A DNA stretch of 64,000 bases from a virus (Duplodnaviria; Caudoviricetes). The stretch is taken from IMG/VR virus record IMGVR_UViG_3300028888_000057; one strand, 5' to 3'. Of this stretch, positions 19,736 through 28,205 are shown in pieces. The notes beneath the pieces were generated by a model. It ran no database searches. It had not been told where the DNA came from and saw nothing but the letters and a program-made list of their open reading frames with translations. Within the stretch, counting starts at the first letter, position 1; every line of letters begins with the position of its first letter. The position numbers and the translations under genes are program-made.

Positions 19736-20404
19736 ATGAAGAAGAACAATAACGAATTTGAACTGCTGAATATCGACGCCAAGGTTAAACATATGGAAGT
19801 CTACATTGAAGGAGACGGAGATCTCGTTCTGAACAAGATGAACGCCCGTACTTTCCGTGAACTGATGAATCCAGATCGTAAAGCAGCGAAAGAACAGCCG
19901 AACGTATGGGAAGACATCATCACTTCCATCCATTGGCGTGATCCTCTGGGAGTAAAGGACACTTATCAGTGTTGTGATGAAAACTTTATGAATAAGCTCC
20001 TGAAGGAAAATGCTCCGTGTATTACCCAGTTCGGTCTCATGCAGAGTCTGAAGCAGGCCGTTGTACGCAATGAGATCGATACCTATAGCACCAAGTTTGA
20101 CAATGCGGTGAATATCATCGCGGTTAATGGACTTATTCCGGTCGAAATCAGCGGCTGGTCTTTGGACAGTCGTCTGATGAGTCCGAAGCGTGGAGCCCCG
20201 ATTTCCGTGCATATCAACCATTTCCATAACTGGAAAGCACATTTTCATGTAGCTTATATGGATAACGTGTACAGTCGGGATCAGATTCTGAACGTGATTA
20301 ACCTGGCTGGATTTGGTCTGGGCATTGGCTCCGGCCGGACTTCTGGTTATGGTCGTTATCATATCACGGCTGTTGAATCCTATACGGATACTGAAGCCGC
20401 TTAA
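19736..20404 (+). CDS. RAMP/Cas7-like RNA-binding protein
   Basis: N-terminal strand VYIEGDGDLVLN; C-terminal glycine-rich loop LAGFGLGIGSGRTSGYGRY; AAGGAG RBS. Confidence 0.7.
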   Translation: MKKNNNEFELLNIDAKVKHMEVYIEGDGDLVLNKMNARTFRELMNPDRKAAKEQPNVWEDIITSIHWRDPLGVKDTYQCCDENFMNKLLKENAPCITQFGLMQSLKQAVVRNEIDTYSTKFDNAVNIIAVNGLIPVEISGWSLDSRLMSPKRGAPISVHINHFHNWKAHFHVAYMDNVYSRDQILNVINLAGFGLGIGSGRTSGYGRYHITAVESYTDTEAA

Positions 20405-20422
20405 TTCTCTGTGTACCAATCC

Positions 20423-20930
20423 GATGTGGTTGGTACCATAGAGAGCTTGTAAGCTCTTAGATCAAGATAGAGTAAATTAGAGCACGATAGAATAGGACAT
20501 AAAAGAACAGCACATAACAAGCTTTCTATGGTGCTAATCACATCAACATATCAGTGCGGTTGGCATTGTTGGAGACTTGTTCTCCGTAATACAAAACTCT
20601 GTATAACAGAAGAATCAACAACAGAACAGCACAGTACAAGTCTTCAATAGTGCCAACGGCACAAGCACACTATAAGTAAGCATAATACAGGACAGCGAAA
20701 CTACAGAACAATGCAGGAGTTTACAAAACAGAAAGTGCCAACGTTGCAGTTGGCACGTTAGAGAGCTTGTTTGGCTCTTAATGCAAAATAGCTTAGAGCA
20801 GAATAAGGTACGATACTACAAAATAGATAACGACACAACAGAACAAGCTTTCTAATGTGCTAATTGCACAAAATACAGAACATCAAACTAAAGGACAAAA
20901 GAAAACAGATAAGTACAGCACAGCATAATA
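20423..20930 (+). repeat. pentamer array with hairpin units 3 (20423-20544), 4 (20554-20662) and 5 (20745-20868)
   Basis: 26-28-bp stems with G.U pairs, shared CTTGT/ACAAG inner ends, 11-13 in-register pentamers per loop. Confidence 0.88.
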
Positions 20931-20944
20931 TTTCTGGAGGAAAT

Positions 20945-21235
20945 ATGTTTAAAGTTGGAGATATTGTTCAGCTTAAAACACAGTCAGAACTTAATGCTGA
21001 ACACATAAGATGTGATACAGGTTCAGCTTCGCATAAGTACGGTGGATCCATTTGTGAAATTATAGAGATAAAAGGCAATGGTTATAAATTAAGTCCAATA
21101 GAAAACGTTGACAATTGCCCCGATAGAGAAGTTCACGATATTTCATATTGGTACTGGTCAAATAAGAACTTGAAACCATACAATACTATTAAAGTTAATG
21201 AAATGGAAATGTTGACAATATTATCGGAGGCATAA
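20945..21235 (+). CDS. small SH3/KOW-like paralog
   Basis: MFKVGDIVQLKT..GSA.HKYGGS.C; GGAGG RBS. Confidence 0.7.
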   Translation: MFKVGDIVQLKTQSELNAEHIRCDTGSASHKYGGSICEIIEIKGNGYKLSPIENVDNCPDREVHDISYWYWSNKNLKPYNTIKVNEMEMLTILSEA

Positions 21236-21519
21236 TGTTTAATCCGGGAGACTTAGTTCAGATTAAAACAAGAGAAGAAGTATTAGAAGAAGGACGGCTG
21301 TGTTCCAAAGGTAGCGCGCTTCATAAATATGGCGGATCAATATGTAAGGTTAGAGATGGAGAAATATTTTATCGACTAGAAAGTGTTGATGTTGTTGATA
21401 ATTTACCAGATATACATCTCTCAACTATAGAAGATTGGGACTGGAGCAATCGCAACCTGAAACTGGCTTATAATCCCGAAATAAACACTAATGAGCTCAT
21501 GAATTTACTGGAGGCATAA
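21235..21519 (+). CDS. small SH3/KOW-like paralog
   Basis: GDLVQIKT..GSALHKYGGSIC; TAATG coupling. Confidence 0.7.
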   Translation: MFNPGDLVQIKTREEVLEEGRLCSKGSALHKYGGSICKVRDGEIFYRLESVDVVDNLPDIHLSTIEDWDWSNRNLKLAYNPEINTNELMNLLEA

Positions 21520-21815
21520 TGGAATACAAAGTTGGTGAACTTGTTCAGATTAAAACAAGAGACGAAATGATAGCTGAAGGATATTTTTGTAGCGAAGGAA
21601 GCGCATTACATAAATATGGAGGATCCACTTGCAGAGTTCAGCGTATCGACGGTATGGTTTGCACACTTAACCCTGTTAACATTATAGATAACTTGCCTCA
21701 TCAATACGAAAAGCCGATTGAAAAATGGAAATGGCATAGTTCAAGTCTTAAATATCCGGAAAACGAAATAAAGATTGATATAGATACAATGGTTGATATT
21801 TTATCGGAGGCATAA
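21519..21815 (+). CDS. small SH3/KOW-like paralog
   Basis: VGELVQIKT..GSALHKYGGS; TAATG coupling. Confidence 0.7.
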   Translation: MEYKVGELVQIKTRDEMIAEGYFCSEGSALHKYGGSTCRVQRIDGMVCTLNPVNIIDNLPHQYEKPIEKWKWHSSSLKYPENEIKIDIDTMVDILSEA

Positions 21816-22099
21816 TGAAATACGCAATTGGAGACAAAGTAGAAGTAATCGGCCCACCAAATTGGGACGGTAAAGACGATTATCGAATTTATTGTAATAA
21901 TAATCGAGAAGATTACGCTTTTGGAATTCATATGAGAGATAGAATCGGATTTGTTAGCGAAATAGAATCTTTATATGCCTATAAAGATAATTGTTATCAT
22001 TTGCGTAATGATACAGATGCTTATTACTATCATGCAGATTGGCTGGCTCCTGTTGAAACAATTAATGTTGAAGGACTTGAAGATCTTTTGGAGGACTAA
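21815..22099 (+). CDS. small SH3/KOW-like paralog
   Basis: IGDKV..GPPNW..YYHADWLAP. Confidence 0.7.
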   Translation: MKYAIGDKVEVIGPPNWDGKDDYRIYCNNNREDYAFGIHMRDRIGFVSEIESLYAYKDNCYHLRNDTDAYYYHADWLAPVETINVEGLEDLLED

Positions 22100-22329
22100 T
22101 GTTTTACGTAGGGGATCAGGTTAGGCTAGTTGGTTATCAAGATAACATCGACCTGATGGAGCAAAATCTTGGAAGGGTATTCACAATCACAGACAAATAC
22201 GAAAAGAATCGTGATAAGCCAGCATACTATCTGAATGATGGTTATAGATTTATTTATCGGGAAGATTGGCTTGAACCTGTTGAACAAACAATTAATACCG
22301 ATGAATTAGAGGACTTGTTAGGAGAATAG
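22099..22329 (+). CDS. small SH3/KOW-like paralog
   Basis: VGDQV..YREDWLEP. Confidence 0.7.
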   Translation: MFYVGDQVRLVGYQDNIDLMEQNLGRVFTITDKYEKNRDKPAYYLNDGYRFIYREDWLEPVEQTINTDELEDLLGE

Positions 22330-22330
22330 T

Positions 22331-22612
22331 ATGTATAAAATTGGAGATGAAGTACTCCTCAAGAAACCTGATTGGTTTCCAGAAAATAAAGTATGTATAG
22401 AGCAAGGTACATCCGGAGAAGAAACTGTATGTTTTATTGATTTAATGCTTTATGCTGTAGGACAACAAACAAGAATTAAACAAGTATATTTCGATAAAAA
22501 AGATTGTTACCTTCTTGAAAACATCGGTAACTATTGGCACGAAAACTGGCTGGAACCTGTTAATCAAGTTAATGTTGATGAAGATACATTAACAGAGCTA
22601 CTTGAGGTGTAA
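22331..22612 (+). CDS. small SH3/KOW-like paralog
   Basis: IGDEV..YWHENWLEP. Confidence 0.7.
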   Translation: MYKIGDEVLLKKPDWFPENKVCIEQGTSGEETVCFIDLMLYAVGQQTRIKQVYFDKKDCYLLENIGNYWHENWLEPVNQVNVDEDTLTELLEV

Positions 22613-22819
22613 TAATATGACTCAGGAAAAATATCGTAAGGTAAACGGTCTTGAATATGTCGGCAAACATGTCAAAAAATGGTACAAAGTAACAAGAGTA
22701 GTGGGTCCGGCTGGGCCAACAATCACGGACAGAGTCCTTGGCTTTGAAGACGCTAAGAGGATGTGTCAAGGCATGTGGGACTGGGAAGTTATCCGGGAAG
22801 AAGACGGAGCTGTGGTATA

Positions 22820-23113
22820 TTGATTCAATATTTAACCCATCAAACATATAAAACGGCAAAAACAAAGAATCCTGACATGGTTGACTTTCAGATCGTGAGT
22901 CGCCGCCAGGTTGAATTTGCAATCTGTATTCGTTTATATAGACAGAAACACGAACTGTCCTTACAACAGTTCGCAAATATCGCCAGTAAGTATGGCGTAA
23001 AGATTTCAAATGCGGATATATCATGTTATGAACGATATGTTCGTGTCCCATCGAAAAAGAAAATGGAAACAATACTGAAAGCTATGCACTTGGAACTGAA
23101 TGATTTGGATTAA
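22820..23113 (+). CDS. XRE-family HTH protein
   Basis: IRLYRQKHELSLQQFA..ISCYER..P; start codon uncertain. Confidence 0.6.
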   Translation: MIQYLTHQTYKTAKTKNPDMVDFQIVSRRQVEFAICIRLYRQKHELSLQQFANIASKYGVKISNADISCYERYVRVPSKKKMETILKAMHLELNDLD

Positions 23114-23127
23114 GGAGAGAAAAATCG

Positions 23128-23664
23128 ATGACGTTGGAAGAAAAGATTGCCAAGAAAGAAGCTATGGCCGCAGCTCAGCTGATTAAAGATCAGATGACGG
23201 TTGAGCAGAAGATTCAGTTTTTGAATACACCTTATAAAGATATGCCAGACGAACTGAAAGTTGGAATGGTTAAGAATCCACAGAAGTTTATGTTTGTAAA
23301 GATGAAGAACCACCGCATTGGAGATCAGAGAGAAACATTCGGTGCGAGGTTGATTCGTTATCGTGATAAATACAGCCTGTCTCAGAAAGATTTCTGTGAA
23401 CTGGCCGAAGAATATGGCAAGAATTATAAAGTTCATATTACGCTTCGCGATATGAATAACTATGAAAACTATAACGTAAGCCCGAAAATCGATAAGATGA
23501 CCCTGATCGAAGAAGTCATGGGAATGAAAATTGATTACTTTGCCGGATATGGCGCTGAAGACCGTACATGCCGCAACGAGAAAGTAGAATCTCGTTATCG
23601 TGCTAAGAGAGGTAAGAAGGATGCTCCAAGAATTTCTGGACGAGAACATTTGGCTACTGATTGA
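23128..23664 (+). CDS. XRE-family HTH regulator
   Basis: FGARLIRYRDKYSLSQKDF..NNYEN..SPKID. Confidence 0.7.
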   Translation: MTLEEKIAKKEAMAAAQLIKDQMTVEQKIQFLNTPYKDMPDELKVGMVKNPQKFMFVKMKNHRIGDQRETFGARLIRYRDKYSLSQKDFCELAEEYGKNYKVHITLRDMNNYENYNVSPKIDKMTLIEEVMGMKIDYFAGYGAEDRTCRNEKVESRYRAKRGKKDAPRISGREHLATD

Positions 23665-23929
23665 CAAGAATAGGAAAGAAGAAATTTCAGATTTCTGCGA
23701 TATTATACAAAATTACATACAGACATGGGCTTATCAAGCTGTAGGGGACTCTTTGTATGAATACTTATGTCATACACGGTCCGGTCCCTATCATTTTGTG
23801 AAAAATAAAAATCACATAACTGGTAATTCTTATCATTATAATCACACAATTGTTTCTTTACGTGATTTTCTCAATAATTTAGATGAACCTGACATACAAG
23901 AAGATGAAATGATGGAGATGTTAAAATGA
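23621..23929 (+). CDS. hypothetical protein
   Basis: ORF ending in the shared acidic C-terminal helix motif. Confidence 0.55.
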   Translation: MLQEFLDENIWLLIDKNRKEEISDFCDIIQNYIQTWAYQAVGDSLYEYLCHTRSGPYHFVKNKNHITGNSYHYNHTIVSLRDFLNNLDEPDIQEDEMMEMLK

Positions 23930-24062
23930 AACTTGTAGCCACTTTAAAAGTAAAGATTGATGTTGAAGACGATGAGATGCCTAACCTTTCCAAGGATCGG
24001 TTGATTTCAATTCTTCGAGATCTTGGACTTGATTATGAGATTCTTCAGACAGAGGTGGAAGA

Positions 24063-24386
24063 ATGAGCTTAGTATTTGATCAAATTCTAAGTCAATTTAC
24101 AGACTATCGGTCAATCACATCGTTTTGGGATGACTTTACAATCGCAGATGCGTTCGGAGACAGTGCGATTCTTGACACTTACAGGCGAGCCTTTGCGGAA
24201 TGGAAAACTGATTACAAATATCTGACAGAATTGGTGATGGTGCTGAACCACAAGATCTGGCAATGGAACGAAAAGAACGAAGAGAGAGCCAAGTTATACG
24301 ATAGCTTGTATTGTCAGGCTAATGATTATGCTCTTAGCAACCTCAAAGACGAAGAGTTGTCATATTTCTGGACTGTTACCGATTAA
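24063..24386 (+). CDS. hypothetical phage protein
   Basis: GAGGTGG RBS; FWDDFTIAD..YLTELVMVLNHKIW. Confidence 0.65.
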   Translation: MSLVFDQILSQFTDYRSITSFWDDFTIADAFGDSAILDTYRRAFAEWKTDYKYLTELVMVLNHKIWQWNEKNEERAKLYDSLYCQANDYALSNLKDEELSYFWTVTD

Positions 24387-24857
24387 GGGGAATTGTATAT
24401 CATAGTTTCTATAGGAATAAGAACACTCCTTTTTCGTACAATCACCGCTTCCAATCTTGTCGCTTTGACCCGGCGCAAGCGCCTGTCAACACACACTTAC
24501 GAAATCCGCAATCCCTTATAACATAACGTTTTCCATGCTATTGGACTATGCGGATTGGTCGGATTAATGAATATTATTCATGCCATGCATATATTATGCA
24601 GCAAATATTCATAATACAAAATTTGAAAGATGTAATTAAACACACAAACAAAACAAAACAAAGCAAACAGGTAAGAAACAAACATAAAAAATAAGTCTTA
24701 ATTTCCGAAATCATTTTAATTTTTTCGTGCTTTTTATTTTATGTTTTTTGCCTTTTTCATGCTTGTTTTGTTCCGGCCCATCGCTTCGCTGCGCTCGCTC
24801 CGGGCTGGTAGGATGAACGTTTTCATACGTTCGAAAAAGAATTTAAGGAGATAATTT

Positions 24858-25205
24858 GTGAACAATTTAACTATCTATGGTCGAGTGACCAATGATCCTC
24901 AGATGACAGAGAAAGAGATTGGAGGAGTCATTAATCATATTTGTGAGTTTTCCGTCACGGTTGACAACGAAATGTTTAAAGTTAGGACTATGCGGGAAAT
25001 TGCAGAGACATGTGCCGCCGAACTGAAGAAGAATGATCGTGTGATCGTAAAAGGAACCGTCGGGCTGAGAAGCTTTGTTCAGGGCAATATCGTGTATACG
25101 AATATGGTTGTCCGAGCAGAGGAAGTTCAGTTTGTAGACCGTGAACATTCAACAGAAAAGAAAGAATATATTATTCAGGAAGACATCGATGAGATGCCTT
25201 TCTAA
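24858..25205 (+). CDS. ssb: SSB-like protein
   Basis: MNNLTIYGRVTNDP..L.K..RV.V.G..V.AEEVQF, DEMPF tail. Confidence 0.75.
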   Translation: MNNLTIYGRVTNDPQMTEKEIGGVINHICEFSVTVDNEMFKVRTMREIAETCAAELKKNDRVIVKGTVGLRSFVQGNIVYTNMVVRAEEVQFVDREHSTEKKEYIIQEDIDEMPF

Positions 25206-25217
25206 AGAAAGGAAAAA

Positions 25218-25589
25218 ATGAATAAAGTATTTATCGAAGGCAATCTGATTAAAGATCCCAGTACTCAGGATTGCGAATTTATTGATAACAGTACCGGTGA
25301 AGTTACTAAAGTTAAAGTTTGTAACTTCACCATGGCTGTGAATGATGGATTTGGTGAAAACAAAACCACCACGCTGTTCAATGTACATGCATGGCGGTGG
25401 CTTGCAGATAAGTGCAGCAAGTTTCTGACAAAGGGTCGCGGTGTCATCGTCCTCGGCACGATCTACGCCGGAAAACCGTTCAAAGCTCCTGATGGAACAA
25501 TGACTTCTGTTCTTGATGTGAGAGCCGAAGAAGTAAAGTTTCTCGGAACGGTAAAGAAGGACGATCCTGAAGATGACTTTCCCTGTTGA
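25218..25589 (+). CDS. ssb: single-stranded DNA-binding protein
   Basis: MNKVFIEGNLIKDP..FTMAVND..AW..LA..L.KGR.V, DDFPC tail. Confidence 0.85.
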   Translation: MNKVFIEGNLIKDPSTQDCEFIDNSTGEVTKVKVCNFTMAVNDGFGENKTTTLFNVHAWRWLADKCSKFLTKGRGVIVLGTIYAGKPFKAPDGTMTSVLDVRAEEVKFLGTVKKDDPEDDFPC

Positions 25590-25615
25590 TCTCTAAGATC
25601 AACACCTGCCGCTAT

Positions 25616-25655
25616 GGGGCCGGTGTTTGATGGGGGCACCGGCTCCTTTTTCTTT
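25616..25655 (+). terminator. intrinsic terminator
   Basis: GGGGCCGGTG/CACCGGCTCC stem followed by a T-tract. Confidence 0.75.
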
Positions 25656-25669
25656 TGAAAGGAAAACTT

Positions 25670-26140
25670 ATGATATATAGAGTAAATGATTATGACTGGA
25701 CTATGGATACGATTGACGAAGTAATCGATTGGTGTATTACATCTGATTATCATGAAGATGAAGATGAGTTCAAAGAATATGTCAATGAAATTTATTGTGA
25801 TCAGCAAATCGAAATCGCCGGAAATACTTATTATGCGTTCGATGCATTAAAGAGTAACCAGCATGAATACGACAGATTGATGCGAGAATACTGTGAAGAG
25901 CAGAACAACTATGATGCAGAAGAAGCTCGTTACGAACTCGAAAGAGCAGACAACGGAGAAGTTGTCTATATTCAGGGCTATAGAGTAACTTGCATTGACG
26001 AGTCCGGCGCCTATGATGGTAATGAAGATGTCCAGTGCGAAGAAAAGATTGACCCTGTCAAAGTTGTAAAAGAAGCTTTGGAAACGCAAAAGATCAAAGA
26101 AGAACAAAACTTCTCTGACTTGGTGCAGATTCTAAGGTAA
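25670..26140 (+). CDS. acidic hypothetical protein
   Basis: AAAGGA RBS before ATG 25670. Confidence 0.65.
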   Translation: MIYRVNDYDWTMDTIDEVIDWCITSDYHEDEDEFKEYVNEIYCDQQIEIAGNTYYAFDALKSNQHEYDRLMREYCEEQNNYDAEEARYELERADNGEVVYIQGYRVTCIDESGAYDGNEDVQCEEKIDPVKVVKEALETQKIKEEQNFSDLVQILR

Positions 26141-26154
26141 ATCAACGAGATGTT

Positions 26155-26265
26155 TTGAGTGGTGGTGCAATAGGTAGACACAACCCGGTTGGATATTTGT
26201 CTGGATTGGACGAGGAGAAAGCCGGAATAACAATCCATGTGAGGTGCAAATCCTCACCCGCTTAA
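26155..26265 (+). ncRNA. tRNA-like element, copy B
   Basis: TTGAGTGG/CCGCTTAA, GTGCAATAGGTAGACAC D arm, GTGAGG-TGCAAAT-CCTCAC. Confidence 0.55.
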
Positions 26266-26395
26266 CATACAGTCATGAAGAGGAAGAAAAGAACGATGGA
26301 TTGACTGGAATGACAAGCGGTTTGAACTCGGGTTTATCCCGGTTCAGCCGAACTTGTCGAATTATTAAAGATTAAAATTTAAGGAGATTAAAACC

Positions 26396-27043
26396 ATGAA
26401 GGAAACAATGACGATCCACAAGGCTTTGAGTGAACTGAAGGTTCTGGATGCACGTATTGAAAGTGAAATTACTGTCACAACATTCGTTGTAGCCAACAAG
26501 CACAGCAACAAGAAGATCAATGGTGTTGATGTTACTGAGTATGCGGCTACCGTCAAGGATGAATACAAGTCTATCCGGTCTCTGATTAACCGTCGCAATG
26601 CGATTAAGCGTGCTGTTACGCTGTCCAACGCTGTGACGAAGGTTAAGATCGGTGACAAGGAATATACTGTCGCTGAAGCAATTGACATGAAGAATGCCGG
26701 AATGAATAACTATCAGCGGCTGCTGGATCAGATTGGGAATAATCTCAAGTATGCCCAGCGGAAATGTGAAGGCGAGAACGGTGAAAAGCTGGATCAGCGA
26801 GCTGAATCTTACCTGAAGACTATGTTTGATTCTGCCGATCCCAAGAATCTTTCTGAGGAGATCGAAAAGCAGAGGAAGGCCTTCATCGAGTCTCAGTCAT
26901 TCGAGCTGGTAGATCCGATCAATGCTTCTGATGTCCTGAAGGAACTGAAGGACATGACGGATACGTTTATGAGCGATGTTGATTCGGCTCTGTCCGTGTC
27001 TAATGCTCTGACTTCGATTGAAGTAGAGTACGAAACCCTGTAA
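26396..27043 (+). CDS. coiled-coil protein (possibly DIP1984/septicolysin-like)
   Basis: MTIHKALSELKVLD..IKRAV..SNA.T.V..TVAEAI..VDSALSVSNA. Confidence 0.6.
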   Translation: MKETMTIHKALSELKVLDARIESEITVTTFVVANKHSNKKINGVDVTEYAATVKDEYKSIRSLINRRNAIKRAVTLSNAVTKVKIGDKEYTVAEAIDMKNAGMNNYQRLLDQIGNNLKYAQRKCEGENGEKLDQRAESYLKTMFDSADPKNLSEEIEKQRKAFIESQSFELVDPINASDVLKELKDMTDTFMSDVDSALSVSNALTSIEVEYETL

Positions 27044-27049
27044 ATAAAG

Positions 27050-27390
27050 ATTGCCTGGACACGAAAATTCTAAACGATATTCTCTGTGAGTTTCGCGAAG
27101 TCTCTCAGGTCAAATAAATAAAACTTCGCTCCATGGTTTGTAGCGAAAGACTGTAAATCTTTCGAACAAAAGATTGCAACTGTTAACTGCAATTTGATGT
27201 TTAATAAACATATTTTCTCTGTAAAGCTCAAACCTGAAAGCTGAAAGCTGAAACTTTATCGTTAAAAGTTTAATTCGTGTAAAGATAAAGGATTATACAC
27301 TAAAGAGAAAAGTTAGATCAAATCCTGTGTAAAGGTTTGTCGGATGAATATCCTGCCGCTGAAGGCTCCGTCAGGCTGTGTTCAGGCAAT
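27050..27390 (+). ncRNA. candidate structured ncRNA of about 340 nt
   Basis: 13-bp terminal stem ATTGCCTGGACAC/GTGTTCAGGCAAT (one G.U), internal GCGAAGT/ACTTCGC stem, AAAGCTG repeats. Confidence 0.6.
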
Positions 27391-27523
27391 TATATTTTTA
27401 TAAATACCTTTCCGTTTTGTTTATATGCTTCAGGCGTTGTGCATTAAACAGCGCTTACCAGTCCCATCTGGGATGATATACCATACACATATCGAAAAAT
27501 TAGGAAAGAGAGGGATTAAAAGT

Positions 27524-28135
27524 ATGGTTAAGGTTACTGTTATTACTGCTGGAGGACGGAAGACTGACAATTTTGATGAGGCGATGACTCCGAAGGAAAT
27601 TTTGGAAGCGCTGGACGTGGATTATTCTGCGGCTACGAACTCTCTGGATGGCGCTCGTCTGGACACTCGGGGCATGAACACTTCGCTGCGTGAACTTGGC
27701 GTTGGTGAGACCGCTCGTATGACTTCCATTGTGAAGATCGACAATGCGGCTAACATCACGCTGGCTGGTTCTGCGGCCGTGGTGACCTCCGCCGTTTCTC
27801 TGGAAGATCTGAAGCGTGTGGAGAAGTTTGCTCCCGAAGCGCTGAAGATCGTGGACGAGGATGGAGAGACCGTATTCAAGGTCTGCACTCGGGAGAACTC
27901 TGCTGGTTCTATCAACAAGTACGGCGTTGTCTTCGGTTCTGTTGTGAATCATGAAGGCAAGGCGACCGTTACCGTCGTGATCGATCCTGATATCGAGGAC
28001 AAGCGGGAAGCGGTGAAGGACATGATGGGTGCTGCCATTCTGGACCTGAACTCGATCGAGAAGGAACTGCCTGAAGTCCTGAAGGATATCGCAGAAAAGG
28101 AGAAGGAGATCGAAGGCTGCATCGAGCAGAAGTGA
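27524..28135 (+). CDS. ubiquitin-like (beta-grasp) domain plus C-terminal extension
   Basis: MVKVTV..TPKEILE..LDG..L..SLRELGV..IVKIDNA; located upstream of E2-like, JAB and E1 genes. Confidence 0.65.
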   Translation: MVKVTVITAGGRKTDNFDEAMTPKEILEALDVDYSAATNSLDGARLDTRGMNTSLRELGVGETARMTSIVKIDNAANITLAGSAAVVTSAVSLEDLKRVEKFAPEALKIVDEDGETVFKVCTRENSAGSINKYGVVFGSVVNHEGKATVTVVIDPDIEDKREAVKDMMGAAILDLNSIEKELPEVLKDIAEKEKEIEGCIEQK

Positions 28136-28143
28136 TCTTCTTT

Positions 28144-28179
28144 GGAGGGCGGCTTGCGATAGTCGCCCTCCTTTTTTTT
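28144..28179 (+). terminator. intrinsic terminator/attenuator after the Ubl gene
   Basis: GGAGGGCGGCT/AGTCGCCCTCC stem followed by T-tract. Confidence 0.75.
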
Positions 28180-28205
28180 AGAAAAATTCAAGGAGATTAC
28201 GAAAA

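Noticed and set aside
19670-20419. Long minus-strand ORFs (also 2706..3383, 29584..30453, 38634..39596, 56265..57350)
   Set aside because: Antisense shadows of codon-biased + strand genes, with no RBS or recognisable motifs
19285-20930. Classical CRISPR array
   Set aside because: No identical 23-47-nt direct repeats with unique spacers; units are divergent inverted-arm hairpins with pentamer loops, and there is no cas1/cas2
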